Part shown: positions 39,096 to 51,910 of the stretch, piece after piece
How the letters are laid out: each line of letters begins with the position of its first letter
Numbering within the stretch: the first letter of the stretch is position 1
Assembly (NCBI GenBank): GCA_943787795.1
Contig: CALSNU010000005.1
Location: forward strand, 32,001-96,000
Length of the DNA stretch: 64,000 nucleotides
Source of the DNA: an uncultured bacterium
Lineage (GTDB): Bacteria > Planctomycetota > UBA1135 > GCA-002686595
Reading direction: 5' to 3'
Notes under the pieces: generated by a model
Told to the model about the DNA's origin: nothing
The model's database searches: none
The model's input: the letters and a program-made list of their open reading frames with translations, nothing else
Program-made: the position numbers and the translations under genes

Positions 39096-40966
39096 TGGTC
39101 GAAGAAGTCAGCAGCGATGGCGCGCCGAAGCGCAAGCCTAGCTTCAACGACATGAAGCTGGATGAGTCCGGCTTCGCGTCGGAGTACTCCAAGGACTACT
39201 CGGACCTGGTGTTCGAGCAGCTGGCCAAGCGCACGCTCTTCAAGGTCGGCGTGGCGGTCCTGACTCTGCTCTACGGGGTCGCCATCTTCGCGCCGATGAT
39301 CGCGAACGATCGGCCCTTCAAGGTCGAGTCTGTAGATCTCAATAGCTACAGCAGCGCCCTTCGCATCCTGCGCCCCATGGCCAGCACCGCGAGTCGTCTG
39401 GCCGAGCAGACCGACGAGGAGTTCAAGGCGTCCCTTCGGGAGGTCGCGGATGGCGCCCCGAGGACTCGTGCTGCGGCAGCGCGGGTTGAGCTCGAGGCCG
39501 CTCAACTGCGGCTCGCCACCTTGCGCTCCATGATCCCCGCGGCTGCTGAGGCGGCAGCGGAGCCGCTGACGGAGTACGAGGAGCACTTCACCAAGGGGGC
39601 AGACCTGCTCGAGAGCGGTGACAGCGTGGCTGCTGCTGGGGAGTTCGGCGAGGCCAAGACCCTCGCGCGCTCACTCCGCAGGGATCTCAAGGCTCTTGAC
39701 CCGGCCAACCCCGACGCCGGCGGCGTGCCGCTGACGAGCCGCACCGAGCGCCCACTCCTGGAGTCCGTCGCGGCCTGGGAGGTCGTCTTGATGGTGCTCT
39801 GGCTGCTGTGGGCCAGCTGGCCCCTTTGGAATCGCGTGTGGAACGGCGTCCTCCTCGGTGGCGACCGTGAGCGCATTCGGAACGCCCGGCGCCTGAAGCT
39901 GCTCGCCTGCTTCGGGCTGGCCATCCTCGCGAGCGTGACCTGGCGTGCGAGCTTCGGTCCGCCGGCTGAGTTCGACTTCGCCACCCACAAGCAGGGCATC
40001 ACGGACGGGAGCGTGCTGCTGCTGGCGAGCGGCAAGACGACGGCGGATCTCGCAGCGGATCCCAGCGCCGCGATCGGCGCGCTGGTGTGGCCGATGGTGC
40101 CCTTCGGCTACGACGAATTGCACGCTGACGAGAAGTTCCGCCCGCCCACCTGGACGGGTAAGAGCGCGCGTGACCCGGAGACCGGGCTGCCGTTGGACCT
40201 CGTCGGTGATGACTCGATCGGCGGCCTCGCGCCGGTGGAGGTGCCTGTCGAGGTGCGTGCCGGCGAGCCCGCGCTGAATGCGGTGCGGCGTCACCCGTTG
40301 GGCACCGACGAGAGCGGTAGAGACGTGCTCAGCCGGATGGTCTGGGGGGGGCGAGTGAGCCTCTCGGTCGGCATTCTGTCGGCCGCGTTGCTCACGATCA
40401 TCGGCGTGATCATCGGCTCCCTGGCCGGGTACTTCGGCGGATGGGTCGACATCGGAATCATGCGGGGGATCGAGATCCTCCAGTCGATCCCGGCGTTCTT
40501 CCTCATCCTGCTGGCGCTGGCCTTCACCGACCCCGAAACGGTGCCGCCCATGTTCGCCATCGTGCTGGTCATCGCCATCGTCCGCTGGACGGGAGTGGCG
40601 CGGCTCGTGCGCGGTGAGTTCCTGCGCCTCCGGGAGCAGGAGTTCGTGGTGGCGTCCCAGGCGCTGGGCTTCAGCTCGCGCCGGACGATCTTCAAGCACG
40701 TGCTGCCGAACGCCATGTCGCCGGTCCTGGTGGCCGCCGCCTTCTCGGTGGCGGCGGGGATCCTGACGGAGTCGGCGGTGTCGTTCCTCGGGTTCGGCAT
40801 CCGCGAGCCCGACGCCTCCTGGGGCGCGATCGTGAACGAGTCGCGCAACCCGGAGAACTGGTGGATCCAGATGTTCCCGGGCGTGGCGATCTTTGTCACG
40901 GTCACCTGCTACAACCTCGTCGGCGACGCGATCCGCGACGCCATGGACCCCAAGATGAAGGTCTGA
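39095..40966 (+). CDS. peptide ABC permease (OppC/DppC family) with large insertion
   Basis: HPLGTDESGRDVLSR, EFVVASQALG and VGDAIRDAMDPK. Confidence 0.92.
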   Translation: MVEEVSSDGAPKRKPSFNDMKLDESGFASEYSKDYSDLVFEQLAKRTLFKVGVAVLTLLYGVAIFAPMIANDRPFKVESVDLNSYSSALRILRPMASTASRLAEQTDEEFKASLREVADGAPRTRAAAARVELEAAQLRLATLRSMIPAAAEAAAEPLTEYEEHFTKGADLLESGDSVAAAGEFGEAKTLARSLRRDLKALDPANPDAGGVPLTSRTERPLLESVAAWEVVLMVLWLLWASWPLWNRVWNGVLLGGDRERIRNARRLKLLACFGLAILASVTWRASFGPPAEFDFATHKQGITDGSVLLLASGKTTADLAADPSAAIGALVWPMVPFGYDELHADEKFRPPTWTGKSARDPETGLPLDLVGDDSIGGLAPVEVPVEVRAGEPALNAVRRHPLGTDESGRDVLSRMVWGGRVSLSVGILSAALLTIIGVIIGSLAGYFGGWVDIGIMRGIEILQSIPAFFLILLALAFTDPETVPPMFAIVLVIAIVRWTGVARLVRGEFLRLREQEFVVASQALGFSSRRTIFKHVLPNAMSPVLVAAAFSVAAGILTESAVSFLGFGIREPDASWGAIVNESRNPENWWIQMFPGVAIFVTVTCYNLVGDAIRDAMDPKMKV

Positions 40967-41973
40967 TGGCGGACGCGAACGAAGACCAGAAGGACCTCCT
41001 CCGTATCGAGGGGCTCAAGACCTACTTCCACACGGACGACGGGACCGCCAAGGCGGTGGACGGCGTGAACTACGCCATCAAGCCCGGCGAGACCCTCGGG
41101 GTCGTGGGGGAGTCCGGCTCGGGCAAGAGCGTCACCGCGCTCTCCATCCTGCAGCTCCTGCCCATGCCCCCGGGCAAGTTCGAGGGCGGCCGGATCCTGT
41201 TCCGCGGCGAGGACCTGCTCGCCGCGGGCGAGGAGCGGCTACGCGAGATCCGCGGCAACGAGATCGCGATGATCTTCCAGGAGCCGATGACGGCGCTGAA
41301 CCCGGTCTTCACCGTGGGCAACCAGATCGGTGAGACGGTGCGGCTGCACCAGGGGCTCGACGCCGACGCGGCGCGGGAGCGCTCGATCGAGATGTTGCGG
41401 CGCGTGGGGATCCCCGCGCCGGAGCAGCGCGTGGACGAGTATCCGCACCAGCTCTCGGGCGGCATGCGCCAGCGGGTGATGATCGCCATGGCCATGGCCT
41501 GCGACCCCTCGCTGCTCATCGCGGACGAGCCGACCACGGCGCTCGACGTGACCATCCAGGCCCAGATCCTGGACCTGATCAAGGAGCTCCAGGAGGAGGC
41601 GGGGATGAGCGTGCTGCTCATCACCCACGACCTCGGCGTCGTCGCCGAGACGGCTCACCACGTGGCGGTCATGTACGCCGGTCGCGTGGTGGAGTACGCC
41701 TCTGCGGACGAGATCTTCGGTCGCCCTCGGCACCCCTACACCATCGGCCTCATGCGCTCGCTGCCCGACCTCGCGGTGGCCGGCGAGCGGCTGACCACGA
41801 TCCCTGGGATCGTGCCGAGCGCCACCCACTTCCCGAGCGGCTGCCGCTTCCGGACCCGCTGCCCGCTCGCGACGGACCTCTGCACCAGCGACGTCCCCCC
41901 GCTCGCGCCGGTGGACGCCGGGTCGTCTCACACCGCGGCGTGCCACCACCTCGAGCAAGCGCAGGAGCTCTGA
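40966..41973 (+). CDS. peptide ABC ATP-binding protein (OppD/DppD family)
   Basis: [20 protein letters not shown] and [12 protein letters not shown]. Confidence 0.93.
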   Translation: MADANEDQKDLLRIEGLKTYFHTDDGTAKAVDGVNYAIKPGETLGVVGESGSGKSVTALSILQLLPMPPGKFEGGRILFRGEDLLAAGEERLREIRGNEIAMIFQEPMTALNPVFTVGNQIGETVRLHQGLDADAARERSIEMLRRVGIPAPEQRVDEYPHQLSGGMRQRVMIAMAMACDPSLLIADEPTTALDVTIQAQILDLIKELQEEAGMSVLLITHDLGVVAETAHHVAVMYAGRVVEYASADEIFGRPRHPYTIGLMRSLPDLAVAGERLTTIPGIVPSATHFPSGCRFRTRCPLATDLCTSDVPPLAPVDAGSSHTAACHHLEQAQEL

Positions 41974-43016
41974 TGACCATGACCAGCGCCATGACCGAAT
42001 CGGGAGCCGGCGACGCCGGGGCCGCGCCACTGCTCGAAGTCCGGGGCCTCAAGAAGCACTTCCCCATCCGCAGCGGGGTGCTCCAGCGGCACACCGGCGA
42101 CGTCAAGGCCGTGGACGGGCTCGACTTCTCGCTGGGGCGTGGAGAGACGCTCTCCCTGGTGGGGGAGTCGGGCTGCGGCAAGACCACCGCGGGCCGCTCG
42201 ACGCTGAGGCTCATCGAGCCCACCGCAGGCGAGGCGATCTACCGGCCTGAGGCGGGGACGGAGGTCGACCTCTTCAAGCTCGGGAAGGGGGAGATGCGCT
42301 CGTTCCGGCGTGATCTGCAGATCATCTTCCAGGACCCCTACGCCTCGCTCAACCCGCGGATCACCGTCGGCAACGCCGTCGGCGAGGCCCTCGAGGTGCA
42401 CGGGCTCGCGCAGGGCTCGGCGCTCCAGGACCAGGTGGCCGAGCTGCTCAAGAAGGTCGGCCTGCGTCCGGACGTGGCCAACCGCTTCCCGCACGAGTTC
42501 TCCGGCGGCCAGCGGCAGCGCGTCGGCATCGCGCGCGCCCTCGCCTTGCAGCCCAAGCTCATCGTCTGCGACGAGGCGGTCAGCGCCCTCGACGTCTCCA
42601 TCCAGGCGCAGGTGATCAACCTGCTCAAGGACCTGCAGGGCGAGTTCGACCTCTCCTACATCTTCATCGCGCACGACCTCTCGGTCGTCCGCTACATCTC
42701 CGACCGGGTGGCCGTGATGTACCTCGGTCGTATCGTGGAGATGGGGACCGTGGACGAGGTCTTCGAGAACCCCCAGCATCCCTACACCAAGGCGCTGCTG
42801 TCTGCGATTCCGCGGGCGGACCGATCGGAGCGCCGCGAGCGTATCCCCCTCACGGGCGATGTCCCCTCGCCGATCAATCCGCCGTCCGGGTGCTTCTTCC
42901 ACACTCGTTGCCCGGTGGCCGAGGCGGGCCGTTGCGACAGCGCCTACCCCGAGACCAAGGCGGTGGGACCCGACGGCCACGTGGCCGCTTGCCACCTGAT
43001 CGAGTCCCCGGCTTGA
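41973..43016 (+). CDS. peptide ABC ATP-binding protein (OppF/DppF family)
   Basis: [21 protein letters not shown] and GCFFHTRC. Confidence 0.93.
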   Translation: MTMTSAMTESGAGDAGAAPLLEVRGLKKHFPIRSGVLQRHTGDVKAVDGLDFSLGRGETLSLVGESGCGKTTAGRSTLRLIEPTAGEAIYRPEAGTEVDLFKLGKGEMRSFRRDLQIIFQDPYASLNPRITVGNAVGEALEVHGLAQGSALQDQVAELLKKVGLRPDVANRFPHEFSGGQRQRVGIARALALQPKLIVCDEAVSALDVSIQAQVINLLKDLQGEFDLSYIFIAHDLSVVRYISDRVAVMYLGRIVEMGTVDEVFENPQHPYTKALLSAIPRADRSERRERIPLTGDVPSPINPPSGCFFHTRCPVAEAGRCDSAYPETKAVGPDGHVAACHLIESPA

Positions 43017-43098
43017 TCGAGTCCCCGGCTGGACCGAGCTGCTGGCTTGACCGAACCGCTTGCCTGACCGAGCCGCTGGCCCGATCGGGCGCCGGCGC
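42997..43098. repeat. 17-bp tandem array x6 seeded from the gene 3' end
   Basis: TGATCGAGTCCCCGGCT twice exactly (the first copy lies inside the CDS), then progressively degenerate copies. Confidence 0.8.
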
Positions 43099-43418
43099 TC
43101 GCGCTGTCCATCAGGTGTAGGCCCTCCGGGGTGACGGGCCGCCGCGAGGGGCGGTCCGCGCGGTGGGCGGGCCCATGCCGCGGCTTCTTCCGAGTGGGCC
43201 CTGCCGGACGGATCCTGCTGGGTGGGGGGCGAGGTGCTGGCGGGATCCCTGTCGTGCAGCCCCCGGGGGCCCAGGGCTCCGAGCCTCCTCCCTGGCGGTT
43301 CCAGGGGGGGCTCTCGGGCGGGCTCTCGGGCGGGTTCGGCCCCGTGTCGGGACGGGGGCGGGACGAGAATTCCGAGGCAGGCTCGCTCTTACGACGCGGA
43401 CGGGCGAAGGTTCATCTG

Positions 43419-44945
43419 ATGGCCACGCCGACGTTCCCCGATCCCCCCGCGGAAGGCCCCGCGGAAGACCCTGCGGGAGGCCCCGCGGACCCTGGTGCCA
43501 GGCCCTCGTCCCCGTCGGCCGGGGTGTACCCCCTGCACGGCGACCGGACCTGGCTCGGCGGGCTCGTCCGCATGGTCCGCTGGTCGGTCTTCAAGGGGCC
43601 CTCGACCGTGGCCGATCGGCGGCTCAGCGAGGTGAACCTGCACTGGCTGATCCACCTGCGGTGGACGGCGATCGCGGGGCAGCTGATCACGATCCTCGTG
43701 GTTCGCTACGGACTCGACGTGGAGATCCCGCTGCCGGCGCTCTTCGCGATCCTCCTCGTGGAGTTCGGGACGAACGCGGGCCTGCTCCTCTTCCAGCGCA
43801 AGGAGCTCCTGCTACGGGAGTCGGATGCGGACGAGGGGCCGAACGAGTTCACGGACCGCCGGCTGCAGCTGGCCAAGCTCGGCGTGACGCTGCTGGATAT
43901 CGGGCTGCTCTCGACCCTGCTCGGTCTGACGGGGGGCGCCACCAACCCGTTTTGCGGGTTCCTGCTCGTCTACGTCGCGCTGGGCTCGGTGCTGCTGCCC
44001 CTGCGCCACTCCCTGGTCGCGGTCGGCGCTCTCGGCGCCGCCATGATGCTGATCATGGAGTACGCGATCCCGGTGCCGGCGCTGGACGCGAGCCCGACGT
44101 TGCGCGGGTGGGGCACGGTGGTCGCCCTCTCGCTCACCTCGCTCCTCACGGTCCTCTTCGTCAACCGCGTGGTCTCGACGCTCGCGACGCGCGCGCAGGA
44201 GCTCCAGTCCGAGCGAGGTCGAAGGGAGCGGCAGCGGCACCTCGAGGCGCTGGGCACGCTGGCAGCGGGAGCGGCGCACGAGCTCGGGACGCCGCTGTCC
44301 ACGATCGCGCTGGTCGCGAAGGAGCTCGAGCTTGCGCTCGAGCAGGAGGCCGCCGTCGGGGACGAGGTCACCGCGGACGCTCGGCTCATCCGCGATGAGG
44401 TCGCGCGCTGCCGGAGGATCCTGAACCGGATGTCAGCGACGGCTGGCGATCGTGTGGGCGAGTCGATGACCAACATGAGCGCGCGCGAGCTCGCGGACAC
44501 CATCGTCGGGGAGATGGCCGCGTCGGACCGCGTCGAGGTCGACGTCATGGAGGTCGCGGACGGTGCGGCGCTCGAGCTCCCGAGGGACGGGCTGGCCACG
44601 GCCATCAGAGCCATCGTGCAGAACGGTCTCGACGCCTCCCCGCCGGAGGCGACCGTCCGCCTGAGGGTGGTGCGTGAGGACTCGGCGCTGATCGTCACGG
44701 TGGGGGACCGTGGCTCGGGAATGACCGCCGAGGAGGCAGAGCGTGCCCTGGAACCGTTCTTCACCACCAAGGACGTGGGGCGTGGCATGGGGCTCGGGCT
44801 CTACCTCGCCAGCTCCTTCGTCGAGGATCTGGGCGGCAACATCGAGATTCACTCCGCGCCGGGCCTCGGTACCGTTGTGGGCCTCGTCCTCCCGCTGGCG
44901 AAGTCCGGTGAGCTCACCGTGACGACGCACAGCGGCATGCGCTGA
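43419..44945 (+). CDS. regB: redox sensor histidine kinase RegB/PrrB family
   Basis: LRWTAIAGQ, quinone-site TGGATNPF, H-box AAGAAHELGTPL, redox Cys in RCRRIL and PFFTTK..GMGLGL. Confidence 0.92.
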   Translation: MATPTFPDPPAEGPAEDPAGGPADPGARPSSPSAGVYPLHGDRTWLGGLVRMVRWSVFKGPSTVADRRLSEVNLHWLIHLRWTAIAGQLITILVVRYGLDVEIPLPALFAILLVEFGTNAGLLLFQRKELLLRESDADEGPNEFTDRRLQLAKLGVTLLDIGLLSTLLGLTGGATNPFCGFLLVYVALGSVLLPLRHSLVAVGALGAAMMLIMEYAIPVPALDASPTLRGWGTVVALSLTSLLTVLFVNRVVSTLATRAQELQSERGRRERQRHLEALGTLAAGAAHELGTPLSTIALVAKELELALEQEAAVGDEVTADARLIRDEVARCRRILNRMSATAGDRVGESMTNMSARELADTIVGEMAASDRVEVDVMEVADGAALELPRDGLATAIRAIVQNGLDASPPEATVRLRVVREDSALIVTVGDRGSGMTAEEAERALEPFFTTKDVGRGMGLGLYLASSFVEDLGGNIEIHSAPGLGTVVGLVLPLAKSGELTVTTHSGMR

Positions 44946-44965
44946 GGCACGTGACGGCCTCGAGT

Positions 44966-44980
44966 GCGGCGCCATGTCGC
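44966..44980. promoter_or_regulatory. RegA/RegR binding box
   Basis: GCGGC-GCCAT-GTCGC is an exact match to GCGGC-N5-GTCGC. It lies in the regB-regA gap, with similar weaker sites just downstream. Confidence 0.6.
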
Positions 44981-45100
44981 GGTGCGGCGTATCGTCCGGC
45001 GCGAATTGCCGCGGGCTCCTATCCTGGAACTTGTGAATCCGTTGATCCTCCTGGGCGCGGCCGGCGAACGATCGTGAGGCTAGGAGGCCTTACCGTGAAC

Positions 45101-45700
45101 ATGACTGAACTCTCTATGGACCCTGCATCGGCTCTCAACGTGGACGCGAGGTCCATGCTCATCGTGGATGACGATGAGATCTTCCGCGAGCGTCTCGCTC
45201 GGGCGCTCCGTGAGCGCGGCTTCGAGGTGCGCACGGCCGAGGGCTTCGACCAGGCCGTGGCGCTCGCTCAGGCCGACTCCCCGGAGTACGCGGTCCTTGA
45301 CCTCCGGATGCCCGGCAAGGGCGGTCTCGAGGTGCTCAAGGCTCTGAACGGCATCGATGGCGGTACGCGCGCCATCATCCTGACGGGCTACGGTGCGATC
45401 GCGACCGCCGTCGAGGCGGTCCGCCTCGGAGCCGTCAACTTCATCCCCAAGCCGGCGGACGCGGACGACGTGGTCGCAGCGTTCGAGAAGTACGAGCGGG
45501 GAGACACCGCCGACGGCCCGGCCGTGACCTCGTCCTACCGGGCGCCTTCCCTGGCCCGAATGGAGTGGGAGCACATCCAACGCGTCCTCTCGGACTGCGG
45601 CGGGAACATCTCCGAGTCCGCACGGCGCCTCGGCATCCACCGCCGCTCCCTGCAGCGCAAGCTCCAGCGGAACGCGCCGCGGGAGCAGGGCAAGACCTGA
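45101..45700 (+). CDS. regA: response regulator RegA/PrrA family
   Basis: LIVDDD, DLRMP, LTGYGAIATAVEAVRLGA and EWEHIQRVL...GGNISESARRLGIHRRSLQRKL. Confidence 0.95.
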   Translation: MTELSMDPASALNVDARSMLIVDDDEIFRERLARALRERGFEVRTAEGFDQAVALAQADSPEYAVLDLRMPGKGGLEVLKALNGIDGGTRAIILTGYGAIATAVEAVRLGAVNFIPKPADADDVVAAFEKYERGDTADGPAVTSSYRAPSLARMEWEHIQRVLSDCGGNISESARRLGIHRRSLQRKLQRNAPREQGKT

Positions 45701-45763
45701 GCCCACCTCGGGCGTCCCGGCCATGGCCTTGAGCCGAGCCGCGATGGCCCCTGATCCACCAGC

Positions 45764-45797
45764 ACGGGGCGTGGCGTCTTCTGACGCCACGCCCCGT
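45764..45797 (+). terminator. probable terminator hairpin after regA
   Basis: ACGGGGCGTGGCGTC-TTCT-GACGCCACGCCCCGT, a perfect 15-bp stem with a weak U tail. Confidence 0.7.
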
Positions 45798-46457
45798 CTC
45801 TGTTGGCGCCTCCTTGGCCTCGTTATGGCCTCTGCATGGCCGGCGCCCCGGGGGCGGTGATCGCCGGGGCTGAGCGACGCCTGGTGGAGGCCGGCCTGGA
45901 ACGGGACCTGCGCTCGACCCGGAGGCGCCCAACCTCCGGTCGTCGACGGCTTCGAGGCGGGCACCGCACCGGAGGTGCACCGAAACCGGACATGCACGGG
46001 CGCTGGGCCGCTCCTGCCCCCGATCGGCGCCCGCCATCCAGCGACGGCCGGCCCCGAGCCCCGCTCTCCCCGTCGACCCCTGCCCAGGTGCCTCTCTGGG
46101 CCGCCGCAGGTGGCCCTCGGGGGGTCAGTCCGCGGCGTGCTGGCACAGCCGTCTTGCGACCGGTTCTCAACTGCGGGGGCCGATGAGGGGAGCGGGTGCG
46201 ATCGGGCGCCGCGCGACCGTCATTCCCACTCGTAGTTTCCTTCGATTGCGGGGCGTTCGGAGATTCCAGACGGGGTGACAGATCACTATTCTGTCCGCGA
46301 CTGAACAGCGTTCTCCTCCCGCGGTTGCGCGGAGGCGAGCCTCGCTTGGTCGAGCGTGGGGGCCAATCCTCCACGCACAACCGCCACTCCTCAACCTGCC
46401 GCGACCGCCCCACGGATCCTCACCGTGGGCAGCCCCGGCGGACCGCGCTTGCGCACC

Positions 46458-47108
46458 ATGACGACCTTTCACTTCCCGCGCTGGACCAACCACTTCAAGC
46501 TCCTGATCCCGGCGGGGGCCCTTGGCGGGGCTCTCTACGCGATCGTGTTTGTGTGGATCGGCTTCTCTCCCAAGACCCTCGCGGTCGGGTACGCCCCGGA
46601 GCAACCGATTCCTTACAGCCACGCCCTGCACGCAGGGGAGCTCGGCATCGACTGCCGGTATTGCCACAACACGGTGGAGGACGCGGCCCACGCTGCGATC
46701 CCGCCCACGGCGACCTGCATGAACTGCCACACGAACATCCGCCCCGATAGCCCGAAGCTCGCTGCGCTCCGGGAATCGTGGAAGTCGGGTGATCCGGTGG
46801 AGTGGGTGCGAGTGCACGACATCGCGGACTACGCCTACTTCAACCACTCGGCTCACGTGCGCCGTGGCGTGTCCTGCGTCTCGTGCCACGGTCGCGTGGA
46901 TCAGATGGAGGTGGTGAGCCAGCAGGAGCCCCTGTCCATGGGGTGGTGCCTCGAGTGCCACCGCAACCCGGAGCCGCACCTGCGGCCCCTCGATCAGATC
47001 ACCAACCTCGGCTGGGAGCCCCCGGCCGAAGGCGTTGACCCCGCGACCCTCTTCTACACACCAGAAGAGATTCATCCGCGCGAGACCTGCAGCACCTGTC
47101 ACCGCTGA
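46458..47108 (+). CDS. actA: alternative complex III pentaheme cytochrome c
   Basis: TM anchor, [17 protein letters not shown] and five CxxCH motifs (CRYCH, CMNCH, CVSCH, CLECH, CSTCH). Confidence 0.95.
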   Translation: MTTFHFPRWTNHFKLLIPAGALGGALYAIVFVWIGFSPKTLAVGYAPEQPIPYSHALHAGELGIDCRYCHNTVEDAAHAAIPPTATCMNCHTNIRPDSPKLAALRESWKSGDPVEWVRVHDIADYAYFNHSAHVRRGVSCVSCHGRVDQMEVVSQQEPLSMGWCLECHRNPEPHLRPLDQITNLGWEPPAEGVDPATLFYTPEEIHPRETCSTCHR

Positions 47109-47247
47109 GTTTCGTTCCTGGCTCCGCGGCGGCTCCTGCCCCCGAGCTCGCCTCTTCCCGTCCCACACCGCCATTTCCGGCACTCGCCCCGTACGGGGCG
47201 CCAACCCCAACATCCTCGCGCGAGGCACATCAGCTGAGCGCGCCAAG

Positions 47248-50200
47248 ATGAGCGACATCCTCGACGATCCGAACGCCGAGTCGAAGCCTGCAATCTGGCA
47301 GTCTCTTCGAGAGTTCGATGGGTCCCTCGACCGTGCCGCAGCCGATTCCGACTCCGATAAGGACGTCGCGAACTTCGTCGGCCGTGAGTTCCCGACCGAT
47401 GACTTCGATCAGCTGAACGAAGTTGACCGGCGCCGCTTCTTCCAGATCCTCGGTGCCTCGGCCGCCCTCGCCGGCGCCTCGAGCTGCCGCTGGGAGAAGG
47501 AGGAGATCCTTCCGTACGCGGTGCGCCCCGAGGAGACGATCCCCGGCAAGCCCAAGTACTACGCCTCGACCCTCGACCTCGCCGGCGCCGCGCGCCCGGT
47601 GACGGTCACCAGCTACGACGGTCGACCTGTGAAGGTCGAGCCGAACACGCTGCTGGGCCAGGGCACCGACGTGTACAGCCAGGCGGAGGTCCTCGGGTTC
47701 TACGATCCGGACCGCAGCCAGGGAGTGCTCAAGCGCGACGAGGGGGGGCTGTTCAACGGCGCCTCCTACGGCGACGCGCTGAAGGCCATGAAGGAGGCCG
47801 CGGCCGCCGGTGGCATGGCCGTGCTCGCCTCGACCCACAGCTCGCCGACCCTGGCGCGGCTCGGGGCCGACCTCGCCGCGAGCGGCGCCGACTGGGTCTG
47901 GTGGTCGCCCGTGGGGCGAGACACCGAGCGCTCAGGGGCCGAGATGGCCTTCGGGAAGCCGGTCAGGACCCACTACGACCTCTCCAAGGCCAACGTCGTG
48001 GTCAGCCTCGACGGGGACTTCCTAAACGGCCACCCCGACTCCGTCCGGATGTCCGCCGACTTCGCGACCCGCCGTGAGCCCGAGCTTGGCGACATGTCAC
48101 GGCTCTACGCCATCGAGAGTCGCTTCTCCACGACCGGCGTGGTCTCGGACCACCGCCTCCCCGTGAGGAGCTCGGACGCTGGCGCGATCCTCCAGTTGAT
48201 CGAGGCCGGTCTCGGCATGGGGACCCCCGGGGCCCGCGCTGCGGAGCTCGGTAAGAACGACAAGGTCGCCGCCTTCGTCAAGGCGGTCGCTGACGACATG
48301 AAGGCCTCCGGCGGGAACTGCGTGATCATCCCCGGGGTGAACCAGCCGGCCGAGGTCCACGCCCATGCCCACGCGGTCAACGCCGCCCTCGGCGCGGTCG
48401 GAACCACGGTGACCTACACCGACGACCCCGCCGCTGGCGCCACGGACGCAGGTCTCGCCTCGCTCGTGGCCGGAATGCGGTCTCGAGAGGTGAAGTCGCT
48501 GCTCGTCCTTGGCGGCAACCCTGCCTACGACGCGCCCGCTGACCTGGACTTCTCGGGCGCAGCGGAGAACGTGATGGTCTTTCATCACGGCCTCTACCGC
48601 GACGAGACGGCCGCCATCTCGGACTGGCACATGCCCGCCGCGCACTGGCTCGAGGCCTGGGGCGACACGCGCTCCTGGGACGGGTCGGTCCACATCGCGC
48701 AGCCGCTGATCAAGCCCATCGCGGGTGGCATGAGCGCCTCCGAGGTGTGCGCCGCGATCCTCGGGCGGACCCAGGATGCTCGCGCCGAGGTGCGCGCGAC
48801 GTTCGACGCCATGGAGCTCGCAGGCAACGGCGAGGCGCGCTTCCGCCAGGCGATCCACGACGGCGTCGTGGACGGCACGCGGATGGCGGCGCTCGACCTG
48901 ACGGTGGGGAGCCTGCCGGCGATCGCGGAGCCCAGCGCCGGGATGGAAATCACCTACTTCCCCTGCCCGAAGGTCTTCGACGGTCGCTTCTCCAACAACG
49001 GCTGGCTGCAGGAGCTCCCGGACTTCACCACGAAGATGACCTGGGACAACGCGGTCATGATCGGGAAGAAGACCGCGGACGGCATGGGGGTCACGACCGG
49101 CGACAAGGTCGAGGTCACCCTGGACGGGCGGACCCTCGAGGCCGCCGCCTTCGTGGCCGTCGGGCAGGCCGAGGAGAGCCTCGCCATCTCGATGGGCTAC
49201 GGCCGCCGCGCGGCCGGGCTGGTCGCCGGCTCGGACAAGGCCAAGGTCAGCTCCGCTGGCTTCGACGCCTTCGCCCTCCGGGGCACCGGCGGCATGGGCA
49301 TCGCCACGGGCGCGTCCATCGCCAAGACCTCCGGCGAGTACACCTTTGCCACGACCCAGGAGCACCACCTGATCGACGCGATCGGCATGCAGGGGCGCCG
49401 CGAGCGCCTCTACAAGCTGGCCATGGAGGGCACCGAGGAGCAGTGGAAGGAGGACCCGAACTTCACCGAGCACGTCTATCACGTGCCGAAGCTCACCTCG
49501 CTCTTCGACCAGAAGGTCTACGACGGTACCCACCAGTGGGGGATGACGATCGACCTCTCGACGTGCAACGGCTGCAACGCCTGCGTCGTCGCCTGCCAGT
49601 CGGAGAACAACATCCCGATCGTCGGCAAGGAGCAGGTCAAGCGCGGCCGGGAGATGCACTGGATGCGCATCGACCTCTACTTCCAGGGCGACGCCGACGA
49701 GGCCTCGACCGTGGACGCGGTCACCCAGCCGATCAACTGCCTGCAGTGCGAGAACGCGCCCTGCGAGCAGGTCTGCCCGGTGGCGGCCACCGTGCACGGC
49801 GAGGAGGGGACCAACGACATGGTCTACAACCGCTGCATCGGCACGCGCTACTGCGGTAACAACTGCCCGGTGAAGGTGCGGCGCTTCAACTACTTCCACT
49901 ACACGAAGTACATGGACAAGCCGGAGCACAAGCGGCTCCAGTTGGCCCAGAACCCCAACGTCACGGTCCGCAGCCGCGGCGTGATGGAGAAGTGCACGTA
50001 CTGCATGCAGCGGATCTCCGAGGCGCGCATCACCGCACGCAACGAGGACCGCAAGATCCGCGACGGCGAGGTCATCACGGCCTGCCAGGCGGCGTGCGCC
50101 TCCGGCGCCATCAACTTCGGCGACCTGACCGACCCCGAGTCGCGGGTCTCGAAGAAGCAGGCCCTGGGCCGGGACTACTCGATGCTGGCGGAGCTCAACA

Positions 50201-50404
50201 TCCGCCCGCGGACCCAGTACCTGGCGCGCATCGAGAACCCGAACGCGGTCCTCGCCGAGGCCATGCCCCAGGGCGTGAAGGGACGCGAGGACTACGACCC
50301 CGCGACCTACGGCGAGGGTGGCCACGGCGGCCACGGTCATGGCCACGGCCATGACGACCACGGCGACCACGGCGACAGCCACAACGGTGAGGAGGCAACC
50401 AGCC

Positions 50405-50418
<14 letters not shown>
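47248..50418 (+). CDS. actB: alternative complex III subunit B (molybdopterin-oxidoreductase-like plus Fe-S domain)
   Basis: W.SL.E leader, Tat motif DRRRFF with lipobox Cys, [36 protein letters not shown] and [10 protein letters not shown]. Confidence 0.95.
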
Positions 50419-51880
<1,462 letters not shown>

Positions 51881-51910
51881 GCCGTCAACGACTCAACGGA
51901 GCTGAAACAG

